From the NCBI GenBank assembly GCA_963926065.1, contig CAWUWQ010000150.1, positions 1 to 49,453 on the forward strand: a stretch of DNA of 49,453 bases. Direction: 5' to 3'. The notes under the pieces are model-generated. The model was not told where the DNA came from. It saw only the letters and a program-made list of their open reading frames with translations, and ran no database searches. Shown one piece after another: positions 10,087-18,955 of the stretch; the first letter of the stretch is position 1, and each line of letters starts with the position of its first letter. The position numbers and the translations under genes were made by a program. Origin of the DNA: an uncultured Algoriphagus sp. (GTDB lineage: Bacteria > Bacteroidota > Bacteroidia > Cytophagales > Cyclobacteriaceae).

Positions 10087-10560
10087 ATGGGACAATTACA
10101 ATACTACACAGAGGAAGGCCTACGCAAGTTGAAAGATGAACTTCAGGATCTTAAAGGAAGAGGTCGGAAGGATATTGCAAAACAAATCGCAGAAGCAAGG
10201 GATAAAGGTGATCTTAGTGAAAATGCAGAATATGATGCAGCAAAAGATGCCCAAGGACATTTGGAATTGAAAATTGCAAAGTTAGAAGCTGTTGTTGGCA
10301 ATGCCCGGATTTTTGACCAGTCTCTTATTGATACTTCGAAAGTGGGAATCTTAAGTACCGTGAAGATAAAGAATGTAAAAAATGGGATGACCGTCGCTTA
10401 TACTCTTGTATCAGAGGAGGAAGCAGATTTGAAAGCTGGAAAAATCTCCTTGGGTTCTCCGTTTGGAAAAGGCCTTGTGGGTAAGAAAAAAGGTGATATT
10501 GCTGAAATTAATGCTCCAGCCGGAATGCTTCAATTCGAAATCTTAGATATTACATATTAA
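10087..10560 (+). CDS. greA: Transcription elongation factor GreA
   Basis: EARDKGDLSENAEYDAAK, ISLGSPFGKGL; start moved to ATG 10087. Confidence 0.98.
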   Translation: MGQLQYYTEEGLRKLKDELQDLKGRGRKDIAKQIAEARDKGDLSENAEYDAAKDAQGHLELKIAKLEAVVGNARIFDQSLIDTSKVGILSTVKIKNVKNGMTVAYTLVSEEEADLKAGKISLGSPFGKGLVGKKKGDIAEINAPAGMLQFEILDITY

Positions 10561-10566
10561 TCCAAT

Positions 10567-10593
10567 TCCCGGTGTAAACCGGGATTTTTTTTT
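10567..10593 (+). terminator. Intrinsic terminator after greA
   Basis: TCCCGGT-GTAA-ACCGGGA followed by T9. Confidence 0.85.
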
Positions 10594-10600
10594 AGAACCC

Positions 10601-10993
10601 ATGGCTTCAATATTTACTAAAATCATTAACCGAGAGATTCCAGCAGAAATCATTGCTGAGGACGCTGACTTTATCGCTTTTCTAGATATTATGCCTCTTG
10701 TCAAAGGACATGTATTGGTTGTTCCTAAAAAGGAGGTGGATTATATTTTCAACTTGGACACTGAGACTTTGACTGGGCTGCATTTATTTGCCCAAAAAGT
10801 TGCCAAAGTGATGGATCAAACTGTTAAATGTACTAGAATTGGAATGGCTGTAATAGGGCTAGAAGTACCCCATGTACATATTCACTTGGTACCACTTCGA
10901 ACGATGGATGATATTAATTTTACCAGACCGAAATTGAAACTCAGTAAAGAAGAATTAACTGAAGTGGCAGACAAAATAAGAGCAGGATTTTAA
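10601..10993 (+). CDS. HIT family nucleotide-binding protein
   Basis: SIFTKII, AFLDI-x-P...GH-x-LV, HVHIH triad. Confidence 0.95.
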   Translation: MASIFTKIINREIPAEIIAEDADFIAFLDIMPLVKGHVLVVPKKEVDYIFNLDTETLTGLHLFAQKVAKVMDQTVKCTRIGMAVIGLEVPHVHIHLVPLRTMDDINFTRPKLKLSKEELTEVADKIRAGF

Positions 10994-11145
10994 TTTTTTT
11001 TTAAAGTCGATTAACAGCCAAGGACACTAAAGTTGGGAGAAAAGCCACAAAGTAAAGTAAGTGAGAAAGACTTTTTCAAGTCTGCCTGTAGCATTTAGGC
11101 ATTAGACTCATATTTCTCCAGGCTAGTTTTATTTGTAATGAATGA

Positions 11146-11159
11146 CCCGAATATTATAA
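11146..11159 (+). repeat. 14-bp direct repeat, copy 1 (CCCGAATATTATAA)
   Basis: Identical to 13444-13457. Confidence 0.7.
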
Positions 11160-11205
11160 GCATCTCCTTGAATTCATTCTTTTGAGTGACAGTTCGTGAA
11201 TATTT

Positions 11206-12069
11206 TTATATTTCTTCCAAAGTGTAGCGTGGAGTTCCCCCTTTTTTAGTCGCAACAAAAGCCCCCACCTTACAAGCAAAATCAAGCGTCTCTTTTAAAC
11301 TTTTTTCCTCGAGATAGCTCTTGATAAAACCGCTGAGAAATGCATCTCCAGCGCCGATGCTATCTTCCACTCGAACTTTATAGCCCTGATGGGAAATCAT
11401 TTCACCCTTTTGATAAATCACTGCTCCCTTTGAGCCTTTTGTGATGCAGATCAAGTCCATTGGAAAGTGTTTGTCTAAGTAAGCACAAACGGATTCTACG
11501 CTCGGATCAACATTAAAGTAATCTGCAAACACCACCAACTCATCGTCATTGATTTTTAGAATATCTGCAAAGCCTAAAAGTTTTTCAATGACTTCAAAGT
11601 CATAAAAAGGGGGTCTAAGATTGGCGTCAAAGATTCGTACTACTTGATGCTGAAGAAGTTTGAGAAGTGTACTTAGACTTTTTGGATTACGAACCCCAAG
11701 GGAACCGAATACGAAGGCATCAGCCTCCGAAACTGCTAAATCAATTTCATTATTCCATTCGATAAAATCCCAAGCAACCGGAGAGACTATGTTGTATTTG
11801 ATGTTTTCCTTGTCGGAATCATCCACCAATACTTTAGAGGTTTCATGAGTTTCGCTTTCTTGAATTAAGTTCAAAGGCAGTTCAAACATCCTCAAAAAGT
11901 CTAAGAGATTTTCCCCATCACTGTCTTTTCCAACAGCAGAAATCAAATTAGAATCCAAACCTAATTGATGCAGATTCAACGCCACATTCATCGGTGCGCC
12001 GCCCGGAACAGCTCCTGCAGGTAAGCAATCCCAGAGCATTTCTCCAAATATTACAACCTTACTTTTCAT
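11206..12069 (-). CDS. PfkB family carbohydrate kinase (fructokinase-like)
   Basis: PGGAPMNVA, FDANLRP, DSIGAGDAF. Confidence 0.93.
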   Translation of the reverse strand: MKSKVVIFGEMLWDCLPAGAVPGGAPMNVALNLHQLGLDSNLISAVGKDSDGENLLDFLRMFELPLNLIQESETHETSKVLVDDSDKENIKYNIVSPVAWDFIEWNNEIDLAVSEADAFVFGSLGVRNPKSLSTLLKLLQHQVVRIFDANLRPPFYDFEVIEKLLGFADILKINDDELVVFADYFNVDPSVESVCAYLDKHFPMDLICITKGSKGAVIYQKGEMISHQGYKVRVEDSIGAGDAFLSGFIKSYLEEKSLKETLDFACKVGAFVATKKGGTPRYTLEEI

Positions 12070-12072
12070 GAT

Positions 12073-13404
12073 TTAATGAATGTTTTGATGAATTTCTTCC
12101 AGGGATCTTCCTTTCGTCTCCGGCATTTTGAATCGAACCCAGAAGAGCTGCCAGACCATCATCAGCCCAAAGAAAGCGAAGATGTAACCAGGTCCAAATT
12201 GGTTGGCGAAAAATGGAAACACGTTTGCGATCAAAGCGGCGAGAATCCAATGGGTAAATGAACCGATGGATTGACCATAGGCTCGAAGATCATTTGGAAA
12301 CATTTCAGAAATAAATACCCAAATCACCGATCCTTGTCCAATGGCGTGAGAGGCAATAAATCCAAAGACAAAAATTGGTAACCAAAAGGATGGAATGCCC
12401 GGCCCAAGAAAATTATAAGCCATCAAGGAGAGTGATATGATGTATCCGAATGAGCCGATATACATCAGCTTCTTTCGCCCAATTCGGTCAATCAAATACA
12501 AGCCGAAAAAGGTTCCGATAAGATTGACTATCCCGATCCCAATGGTTGATATCAAAGCGTTTTCTGTTGAGATCCCGGCCATCTCAAAGACCCTTGGGGC
12601 AAAGTAAATAATAGCGTTGATTCCGGATACTTGATTGAAAAAGGCAATCATAATCGCAAGGATGGTGGTGGGTAAAAAGCGTTTGGCGAAAATAGCTGAG
12701 AAACTTCCCTTCTGTTTCATTTTCTTTTCCTCTTCTACAGCCAAACGGATAGCTTCTTCTACCCCTTCAGGATCAGTTCTAGTTAGAATGACCCTTGCCT
12801 GTGCTACATCATTGAATTTTCCAATAAGCCATCTTGGGCTTTCTGGAATTCTAAAAATCATGACCGAATAAATCAGTGCTGGAATAGCTTCTACACCTAG
12901 CATCCAGCGCCATTGTTGAGAAAGCTCAGCAGTTCCAATCAGATAATTAGAAACATAAGCGATGACAATTCCAAAGACAATGTTGAATTGATACAAGGCA
13001 ACTAGAAGCCCTCTGTTTTTTGCCGGGGCGATCTCAGAAATATACATCGGTGCAACGACTGAGGAAGCACCAACTCCCAATCCCCCGATAAATCTAAAAA
13101 TGGTAAAAGAGGTTACATCCCAAGCCATGGCAGAACCAAAAGCAGAAACGAAATAAAGCAAGCCTATCCAAAGTAAGCTGTTCTTTCGACCAAATCGATC
13201 TGCAGGAAATCCCCCGAACAGCGCTCCGATGACTGTACCATAAAGAGCCGAAGCGATTGCTAGACCATGCAACCAGTCGCTTAATTGCCAGACTTCCTGA
13301 ATATCTCGTTCAGCACCAGAGATGACTGCAGTATCAAAGCCAAACAAAAAGCCACCAAGTGCGGCTGTGATGGAGACGAAAAACGCATAATTTTTTGAAG
13401 ACAT
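12073..13404 (-). CDS. Sugar porter family MFS transporter
   Basis: GGFLFGFDTAVISG, DRFGRK, PESPRWL, PETKGRSLEEI. Confidence 0.95.
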   Translation of the reverse strand: MSSKNYAFFVSITAALGGFLFGFDTAVISGAERDIQEVWQLSDWLHGLAIASALYGTVIGALFGGFPADRFGRKNSLLWIGLLYFVSAFGSAMAWDVTSFTIFRFIGGLGVGASSVVAPMYISEIAPAKNRGLLVALYQFNIVFGIVIAYVSNYLIGTAELSQQWRWMLGVEAIPALIYSVMIFRIPESPRWLIGKFNDVAQARVILTRTDPEGVEEAIRLAVEEEKKMKQKGSFSAIFAKRFLPTTILAIMIAFFNQVSGINAIIYFAPRVFEMAGISTENALISTIGIGIVNLIGTFFGLYLIDRIGRKKLMYIGSFGYIISLSLMAYNFLGPGIPSFWLPIFVFGFIASHAIGQGSVIWVFISEMFPNDLRAYGQSIGSFTHWILAALIANVFPFFANQFGPGYIFAFFGLMMVWQLFWVRFKMPETKGRSLEEIHQNIH

Positions 13405-13443
13405 GAATTTTGGGTGGTTAATCTATCGCTAAACTAAACAGAT

Positions 13444-13457
13444 CCCGAATATTATAA
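13444..13457 (+). repeat. 14-bp direct repeat, copy 2 (CCCGAATATTATAA)
   Basis: Identical to 11146-11159. Confidence 0.7.
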
Positions 13458-13808
13458 AACCTTCCAGAAGAAATCTACTTTTTTGAAGGAATAGATAAAG
13501 TTTCTAATTAAACCGTTATTAGTCTTTTCTCAATCTAATAAACATTCATTTAACGCAATCGAGGTTATTTTTTATGGATGCCTTTGGAGATATTTTTGGT
13601 ATTTAGTGGTTAGGGTCGAAATATCTCATTTGCGATTTTTAGAAATTATTTTGAAAGAACCTATTCACCGACCACCAAATATTATTCCGTTTTCTTGCCA
13701 CTAGCTGAGGGCCGTCTTTATCGAATTCTGTATATTCGCAAAGCAATTCGAAAATTGAATTACGGCTTTGAATTCCATTTTCTTAACCAACTAGATTTAC
13801 CCAAATCA

Positions 13809-16800
13809 ATGAATACTTCCCAAGAGATTTACAAACCCAAAAACCATATCCGAATCGTCACGGCAGCATCGCTTTTTGATGGGCATGATGCTGCGATTAA
13901 CATCATGCGTCGGATCATCCAAGCCACCGGCTGTGAAGTGATTCACCTTGGGCATAATCGATCCGTACAGGAGATCGTCGATTGTGCAATACAAGAGGAC
14001 GTACAAGCAATTGCGATCACTTCCTATCAAGGTGGTCACGTTGAATTTTTCAAATACATGTATGATTTGCTTCACGAAAAAGGAGCAGGCCATGTGAAGA
14101 TTTTTGGAGGAGGAGGAGGAACTATTCTTCCTGAAGAAATTAAAGAACTACACGCTTACGGGATAAACAGAATCTACGCTCCAGATGATGGTCGAGCACT
14201 TGGACTTCAAGGAATGATCAATGATCTAGTCAGTCAATGTGACTTTCCAATTGGAGATAAATTACCTGGAGGATTTATTCTTGACAGAGATCATAAGGAA
14301 TATGTAGGAAGAGCAATTTCAGCTTTTGAAAATTTCCCAGAAAACTCTAAAGCTATTTTAGATCAAGTAAGAAAAGAAAGTAAAAACTCTAAAGTTCCTG
14401 TTTTAGGGATTACAGGCACAGGAGGAGCTGGTAAATCCTCCTTGGTTGATGAACTGGTTCGTCGATTTGTGATGGATTTTGAAGATAAAACGCTTGCTAT
14501 TATTTCTGTGGATCCGTCGAAGAGAAAGACTGGTGGAGCACTTTTAGGAGATCGAATTCGAATGAATGCCATTCACAATCCTCGGGTTTATATGAGGTCT
14601 TTAGCAACGCGACAGTCTAATCTAGCCCTTTCCAAATATGTTCAGGATGCTGTGGATACGGTAAAGGCTGCTGGTTTTGATATGGTGATTTTGGAGACTT
14701 CTGGGATCGGGCAATCTGATACAGAAATCATAGAACACTCGGACTTATCTCTTTATGTGATGACTCCCGAATATGGAGCGGCATCTCAATTAGAGAAGAT
14801 CGATATGTTGGATTTTGCCGATGTGATTGCACTCAATAAGTTTGATAAGCGTGGAGCCTTGGATGCGATCCGAGACGTGAAAAAGCAATACAAGCGGAAT
14901 CATAACCTTTGGGATATTGCCGATGAGGATATTCCGGTTTTTGGAACGATTGCTTCGCAATTCAATGATCCCGGAATGAATCAGTTATATCGAGCCCTTA
15001 TCGCAAAGATCAGTGAAAAACATGCTGGCTGGGAAAGTAGCTTTGAATTGACAGCTGGAACCTCAGAAAAGATTTATATCATTCCTCCTGCTAGAATTCG
15101 ATATCTCTCAGAAATCGCCGAGGTGAATCGGAACTACGACTCTTGGGTTGAAGTGCAAAAGGATATTGCACAGCAACTGTATAGTATCTCCAAATCAATC
15201 GAAGCTATCCAGAAGTTGAAAATTGAGGACGGAGATAGATTAATCAAAGAACTGCAGGAAGTCTATGCTCAAGTAGAACTTGACTTTGACCCAAAAAACA
15301 AGAAATGGCTGGAAGAGTGGGGCGAAGAGGTGCAGCGCTATCAAGATGATTTTTATGTATTTAAGGTAAGGGATAAAGAAATCAAGATTCAGACTTATTC
15401 CAAGTCACTTTCGGATTCCCGTATTCCAAAAATCTCCCTTCCGAAATATGAGGCTTGGGGTGATTTATTGAAATGGGGACTTCGGGAAAATGTGCCTGGT
15501 AAATTTCCATACACGGCTGGAGTTTTTCCTTTCAAAAGAGAAGGGGAAGATCCTACTCGGATGTTTGCCGGAGAGGGTGGGCCTGAACGTACCAACAAGC
15601 GCTTCCACTATGTGTCCAAAGACATGGCTGCTAAGCGTCTTTCCACAGCTTTTGATTCAGTTACGCTTTATGGAGAAGATCCAGATTACCGATTGGATAT
15701 CTATGGGAAAATCGGAAATTCTGGAGTGAATGTTTGCTGCTTGGATGATGCCAAAAGGCTTTATTCAGGATTCAATCTTGTAGATCCAATGACATCGGTG
15801 TCCATGACTATCAATGGTCCAGCTGCTACGATGACAGCATTTTTCATGAATACAGCGATTGATCAGCAATGTGAAGTATACATCAAGGCAAATGATATGG
15901 AGGATGAGATTAATCAAAAAATTAATCAAATCTATGATACGAAGGGAATTCCAAGACCAACTTACAATGCTGAAATTCCAGCAGGAAATAATGCATTGGG
16001 ATTAATGCTTCTTGGAGTAACGGGTGATCAGGTTTTACCTGAGGAGGTTTATTCCAAAATCAAAGCCGATACCATAGCAAAAGTTCGGGGAACAGTTCAA
16101 GCTGATATTTTGAAAGAAGATCAAGCACAGAATACTTGCATCTTTTCGACTGAGTTTTCGCTTCGTCTGATGGGAGATGTGCAGCAGTATTTCATCGAGA
16201 ATAGTATTCGAAATTTTTATTCTGTTTCTATTTCAGGATATCACATTGCTGAGGCTGGAGCAAATCCGATTACACAATTGGCGTTGACACTTTCCAATGG
16301 ATTTACTTACGTGGAGTATTATGTGAGTCGTGGAATGGATATCAATCAGTTCGCTCCAAATCTTTCCTTTTTCTTTTCGAATGGAATCGATCCCGAATAT
16401 GCGGTCATTGGGCGAGTAGCAAGAAGAATTTGGGCAAAGGCAATGAAGTTGAAATATGGAGCAAATGAGCGTTCTCAAATGCTTAAGTATCATATTCAGA
16501 CCTCAGGAAGATCGCTGCACGCGCAAGAAATTGACTTCAATGATATCCGAACTACACTTCAGGCTCTATATGCGATTTATGACAATTGCAACTCGCTGCA
16601 TACCAATGCTTATGATGAAGCTATAACCACTCCAACTGAAGCGTCAGTTCGTCGTGCAATGGCTATTCAACTGATTATCAATAAGGAATTGGGACTTACG
16701 AAAAATGAAAATCCGATTCAAGGTTCCTTTATTATAGAGGAATTGACAGACTTGATAGAAGAGGCTGTTTATGTAGAGTTTGATCGAATTACCGAAAGAG

Positions 16801-17186
16801 GAGGCGTTTTAGGAGCAATGGAAACCATGTACCAACGTGGAAAGATTCAGGAAGAAAGCCTTCACTATGAAATGCTTAAGCATACTGGAGAATATCCAAT
16901 AATTGGAGTAAATACCTTTCTTTCCTCAGATGGTTCGCCGACGGTGACTCCAGGCGAAGTGATCCGGGCAACACAAATGGAGAAAGAAGCTCAAATCAAA
17001 ACCCTTAAAAATCTTCATGCTTCAAATCCTGATAAAGTATCCGATCACCTACAGCGACTTAAAACTGCTGCTGTGAAGAATGAAAATGTTTTTGCAGAAT
17101 TGATGGAGGCCGCAAAGTATTGCTCATTAGGTCAGATTACCAATGCGCTTTATGAAGTAGGAGGGCAGTATAGAAGAAATATGTAA
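13809..17186 (+). CDS. icmF: Fused isobutyryl-CoA mutase / MeaB-like GTPase
   Basis: N-terminal B12-binding domain (FDGHDAAIN), P-loop GTGGAGKSS with ETSGIGQ and NKFD, C-terminal mutase barrel with RMFAGEG. Confidence 0.93.
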   Translation: MNTSQEIYKPKNHIRIVTAASLFDGHDAAINIMRRIIQATGCEVIHLGHNRSVQEIVDCAIQEDVQAIAITSYQGGHVEFFKYMYDLLHEKGAGHVKIFGGGGGTILPEEIKELHAYGINRIYAPDDGRALGLQGMINDLVSQCDFPIGDKLPGGFILDRDHKEYVGRAISAFENFPENSKAILDQVRKESKNSKVPVLGITGTGGAGKSSLVDELVRRFVMDFEDKTLAIISVDPSKRKTGGALLGDRIRMNAIHNPRVYMRSLATRQSNLALSKYVQDAVDTVKAAGFDMVILETSGIGQSDTEIIEHSDLSLYVMTPEYGAASQLEKIDMLDFADVIALNKFDKRGALDAIRDVKKQYKRNHNLWDIADEDIPVFGTIASQFNDPGMNQLYRALIAKISEKHAGWESSFELTAGTSEKIYIIPPARIRYLSEIAEVNRNYDSWVEVQKDIAQQLYSISKSIEAIQKLKIEDGDRLIKELQEVYAQVELDFDPKNKKWLEEWGEEVQRYQDDFYVFKVRDKEIKIQTYSKSLSDSRIPKISLPKYEAWGDLLKWGLRENVPGKFPYTAGVFPFKREGEDPTRMFAGEGGPERTNKRFHYVSKDMAAKRLSTAFDSVTLYGEDPDYRLDIYGKIGNSGVNVCCLDDAKRLYSGFNLVDPMTSVSMTINGPAATMTAFFMNTAIDQQCEVYIKANDMEDEINQKINQIYDTKGIPRPTYNAEIPAGNNALGLMLLGVTGDQVLPEEVYSKIKADTIAKVRGTVQADILKEDQAQNTCIFSTEFSLRLMGDVQQYFIENSIRNFYSVSISGYHIAEAGANPITQLALTLSNGFTYVEYYVSRGMDINQFAPNLSFFFSNGIDPEYAVIGRVARRIWAKAMKLKYGANERSQMLKYHIQTSGRSLHAQEIDFNDIRTTLQALYAIYDNCNSLHTNAYDEAITTPTEASVRRAMAIQLIINKELGLTKNENPIQGSFIIEELTDLIEEAVYVEFDRITERGGVLGAMETMYQRGKIQEESLHYEMLKHTGEYPIIGVNTFLSSDGSPTVTPGEVIRATQMEKEAQIKTLKNLHASNPDKVSDHLQRLKTAAVKNENVFAELMEAAKYCSLGQITNALYEVGGQYRRNM

Positions 17187-17271
17187 GGAAATTAGAATTC
17201 TAAAATTTGAAAGCAGAAAGAACTAAATGTCATTATAGATTTTTCTCTTTGCTTGAAATTTAAACTTGATA

Positions 17272-17691
17272 ATGATGTCTAAAAGAAATGTAACGGTCCG
17301 AATGAAAGCGGACTACGAATACGAATCAGTCAATCCTCAGGGAAATGTGGTGCAAATCGACATGTATGATGCCCCAGAGAAGAAAGCCCAATCACCTATG
17401 GATTTGTTGCTTTCGGCAGTTGGGGGTTGTGCCTCTGTAGACGCGGTATTAATGATGCGTAAGAAACGGAAGACGATAACGGATTTCTATGTAGAAGTGG
17501 AAGGGAATCGAAATGAGGGAGTACCCGCATTTTACACCGACATTCAATTGCGGTTTACATTAGTATCTCCGGATGCTACAACTGAGGAGTTTATCAAAGT
17601 TGTGGCACTTTCGGTTGAGAAATATTGCTCCGTAGTTTCCTCATTGAAATCGAAAATCAGCTTCTCCGCTGAGGTAAAAAGACCTGAATGA
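17272..17691 (+). CDS. OsmC/YhfA family protein
   Basis: SPMDLLLSAVGGCAS and SVEKYCSV two-Cys motifs. Confidence 0.9.
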   Translation: MMSKRNVTVRMKADYEYESVNPQGNVVQIDMYDAPEKKAQSPMDLLLSAVGGCASVDAVLMMRKKRKTITDFYVEVEGNRNEGVPAFYTDIQLRFTLVSPDATTEEFIKVVALSVEKYCSVVSSLKSKISFSAEVKRPE

Positions 17692-17927
17692 GAGTTGTAA
17701 AGGAATTTGTTCAGGAGGAAATACGGATTAGTGTTTTCTCCTGGAACAATAAATATATTCTCAAATACGAACTCGGACCTATGGAGCAGACCTTCAAGGT
17801 CAGTGAAATGGATGTCTTGGAAGAGTCCGATTTGGAGAGCTTTTGGTCCGGCGAGTTTTTTGATCAGGTAAAAATAAGATTTACTGAAATGGGGAATTCA
17901 TTTCGTGCTCAGGTAGAAAATTTATAA
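17688..17927 (+). CDS. Hypothetical small protein
   Basis: 79-aa ORF with ATGA overlap to the OsmC gene; globular-looking sequence. Confidence 0.75.
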   Translation: MRVVKEFVQEEIRISVFSWNNKYILKYELGPMEQTFKVSEMDVLEESDLESFWSGEFFDQVKIRFTEMGNSFRAQVENL

Positions 17928-17948
17928 TTTTCGGGAAACCTCAAAACT

Positions 17949-18950
17949 ATGAAAGAGAAAAGCCTGATTTTACTTTTTGTGATATCCCTATCCTTTTCTT
18001 GTAAGCAAACTAATTCGTCCAAAAATCAAAACGATTTCAGTAGTTTGATTACCATTGTAAAAGAAATCGAAGCGGAACTTTCATTACTCAATAATGAAAT
18101 CGTTCTTTTGAAAAATTATAATGAAAGTCTTATCGTTAGCCGGGAAAGTATACTTAAAAATTCTAAGCCTGATCCTTATGAATTTGAAGGAGGTTTTTCT
18201 ACAAATGTTCCGGGTGGAAACATTAATTTAAGTTCTATCCTCATTACAGAAAAGACTCCAAGCTTTCCTGAAGCCCTTGAGGAGGTAAGGTTAACTAACT
18301 CATTGGATTCAGTTTTTAAAGCTATTAAAGAGAAATATAGGTTTGTTGCTCAGGTCTATTCTAATTCTTCGATGCAGGTTTCTAGGGTTTTTCCCGCATA
18401 TGACGCAAAAGACTTGACTACAACAGATATTGATTTGGTCAAGTATAATTTTTATTACGAAGCAAATGAGGAAAATAATCCTTTAAAGGGACCAGTCTGG
18501 ATTCCAGATGCTTATGTAGACCCTGCTGGAAGAGGTTGGATTTTATCGTTAATTCATCCGATTTATGAAAAAGACGAGCTTTTTTCAGTGATAGGAATTG
18601 ATATCACGGTGGATGAAATAATAGCGCGGTATCTGAATCCTGAAGATGAAAACCTTATCATCGTTACGAAAAGTGGGGATATCGTGGCAGCGGGTGCGTC
18701 AGCGATTGAAGTATTAAGCTTTCCTCCATTAAAGAACTATATCTATAAAGACATTATACTAGAGGATAACTTCCGAATTTCAGATTACAATCTTTTTAAC
18801 AGTAAAAACGAAGAGGTTCGGGTCATGGCAAATGAATTTTTACTGAAGGAAAAATCAATTTTTGAATTTTCTGAAGAATATAGCCCCAAATCTGCTCGAA
18901 TGGTCCACTTTGATTTGATAGACTGGGTCCTTATTGAAGTTAATCTTTAA
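17949..18950 (+). CDS. Lipoprotein with Cache-like sensor domain
   Basis: Lipobox LSFSC; Cache-like segment FYY...PVWIPDAYVDPAGRGWILSLIHPIY...VIGIDIT; no C-terminal TM helix or signalling domain. Confidence 0.75.
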   Translation: MKEKSLILLFVISLSFSCKQTNSSKNQNDFSSLITIVKEIEAELSLLNNEIVLLKNYNESLIVSRESILKNSKPDPYEFEGGFSTNVPGGNINLSSILITEKTPSFPEALEEVRLTNSLDSVFKAIKEKYRFVAQVYSNSSMQVSRVFPAYDAKDLTTTDIDLVKYNFYYEANEENNPLKGPVWIPDAYVDPAGRGWILSLIHPIYEKDELFSVIGIDITVDEIIARYLNPEDENLIIVTKSGDIVAAGASAIEVLSFPPLKNYIYKDIILEDNFRISDYNLFNSKNEEVRVMANEFLLKEKSIFEFSEEYSPKSARMVHFDLIDWVLIEVNL

Positions 18951-18955
18951 AGGGA

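Noticed and set aside
13405-13808. Possible cobalamin riboswitch upstream of B12-dependent icmF
   Set aside because: The region is AT-rich and I see none of the conserved B12-element sequence blocks; an Rfam scan would settle it.
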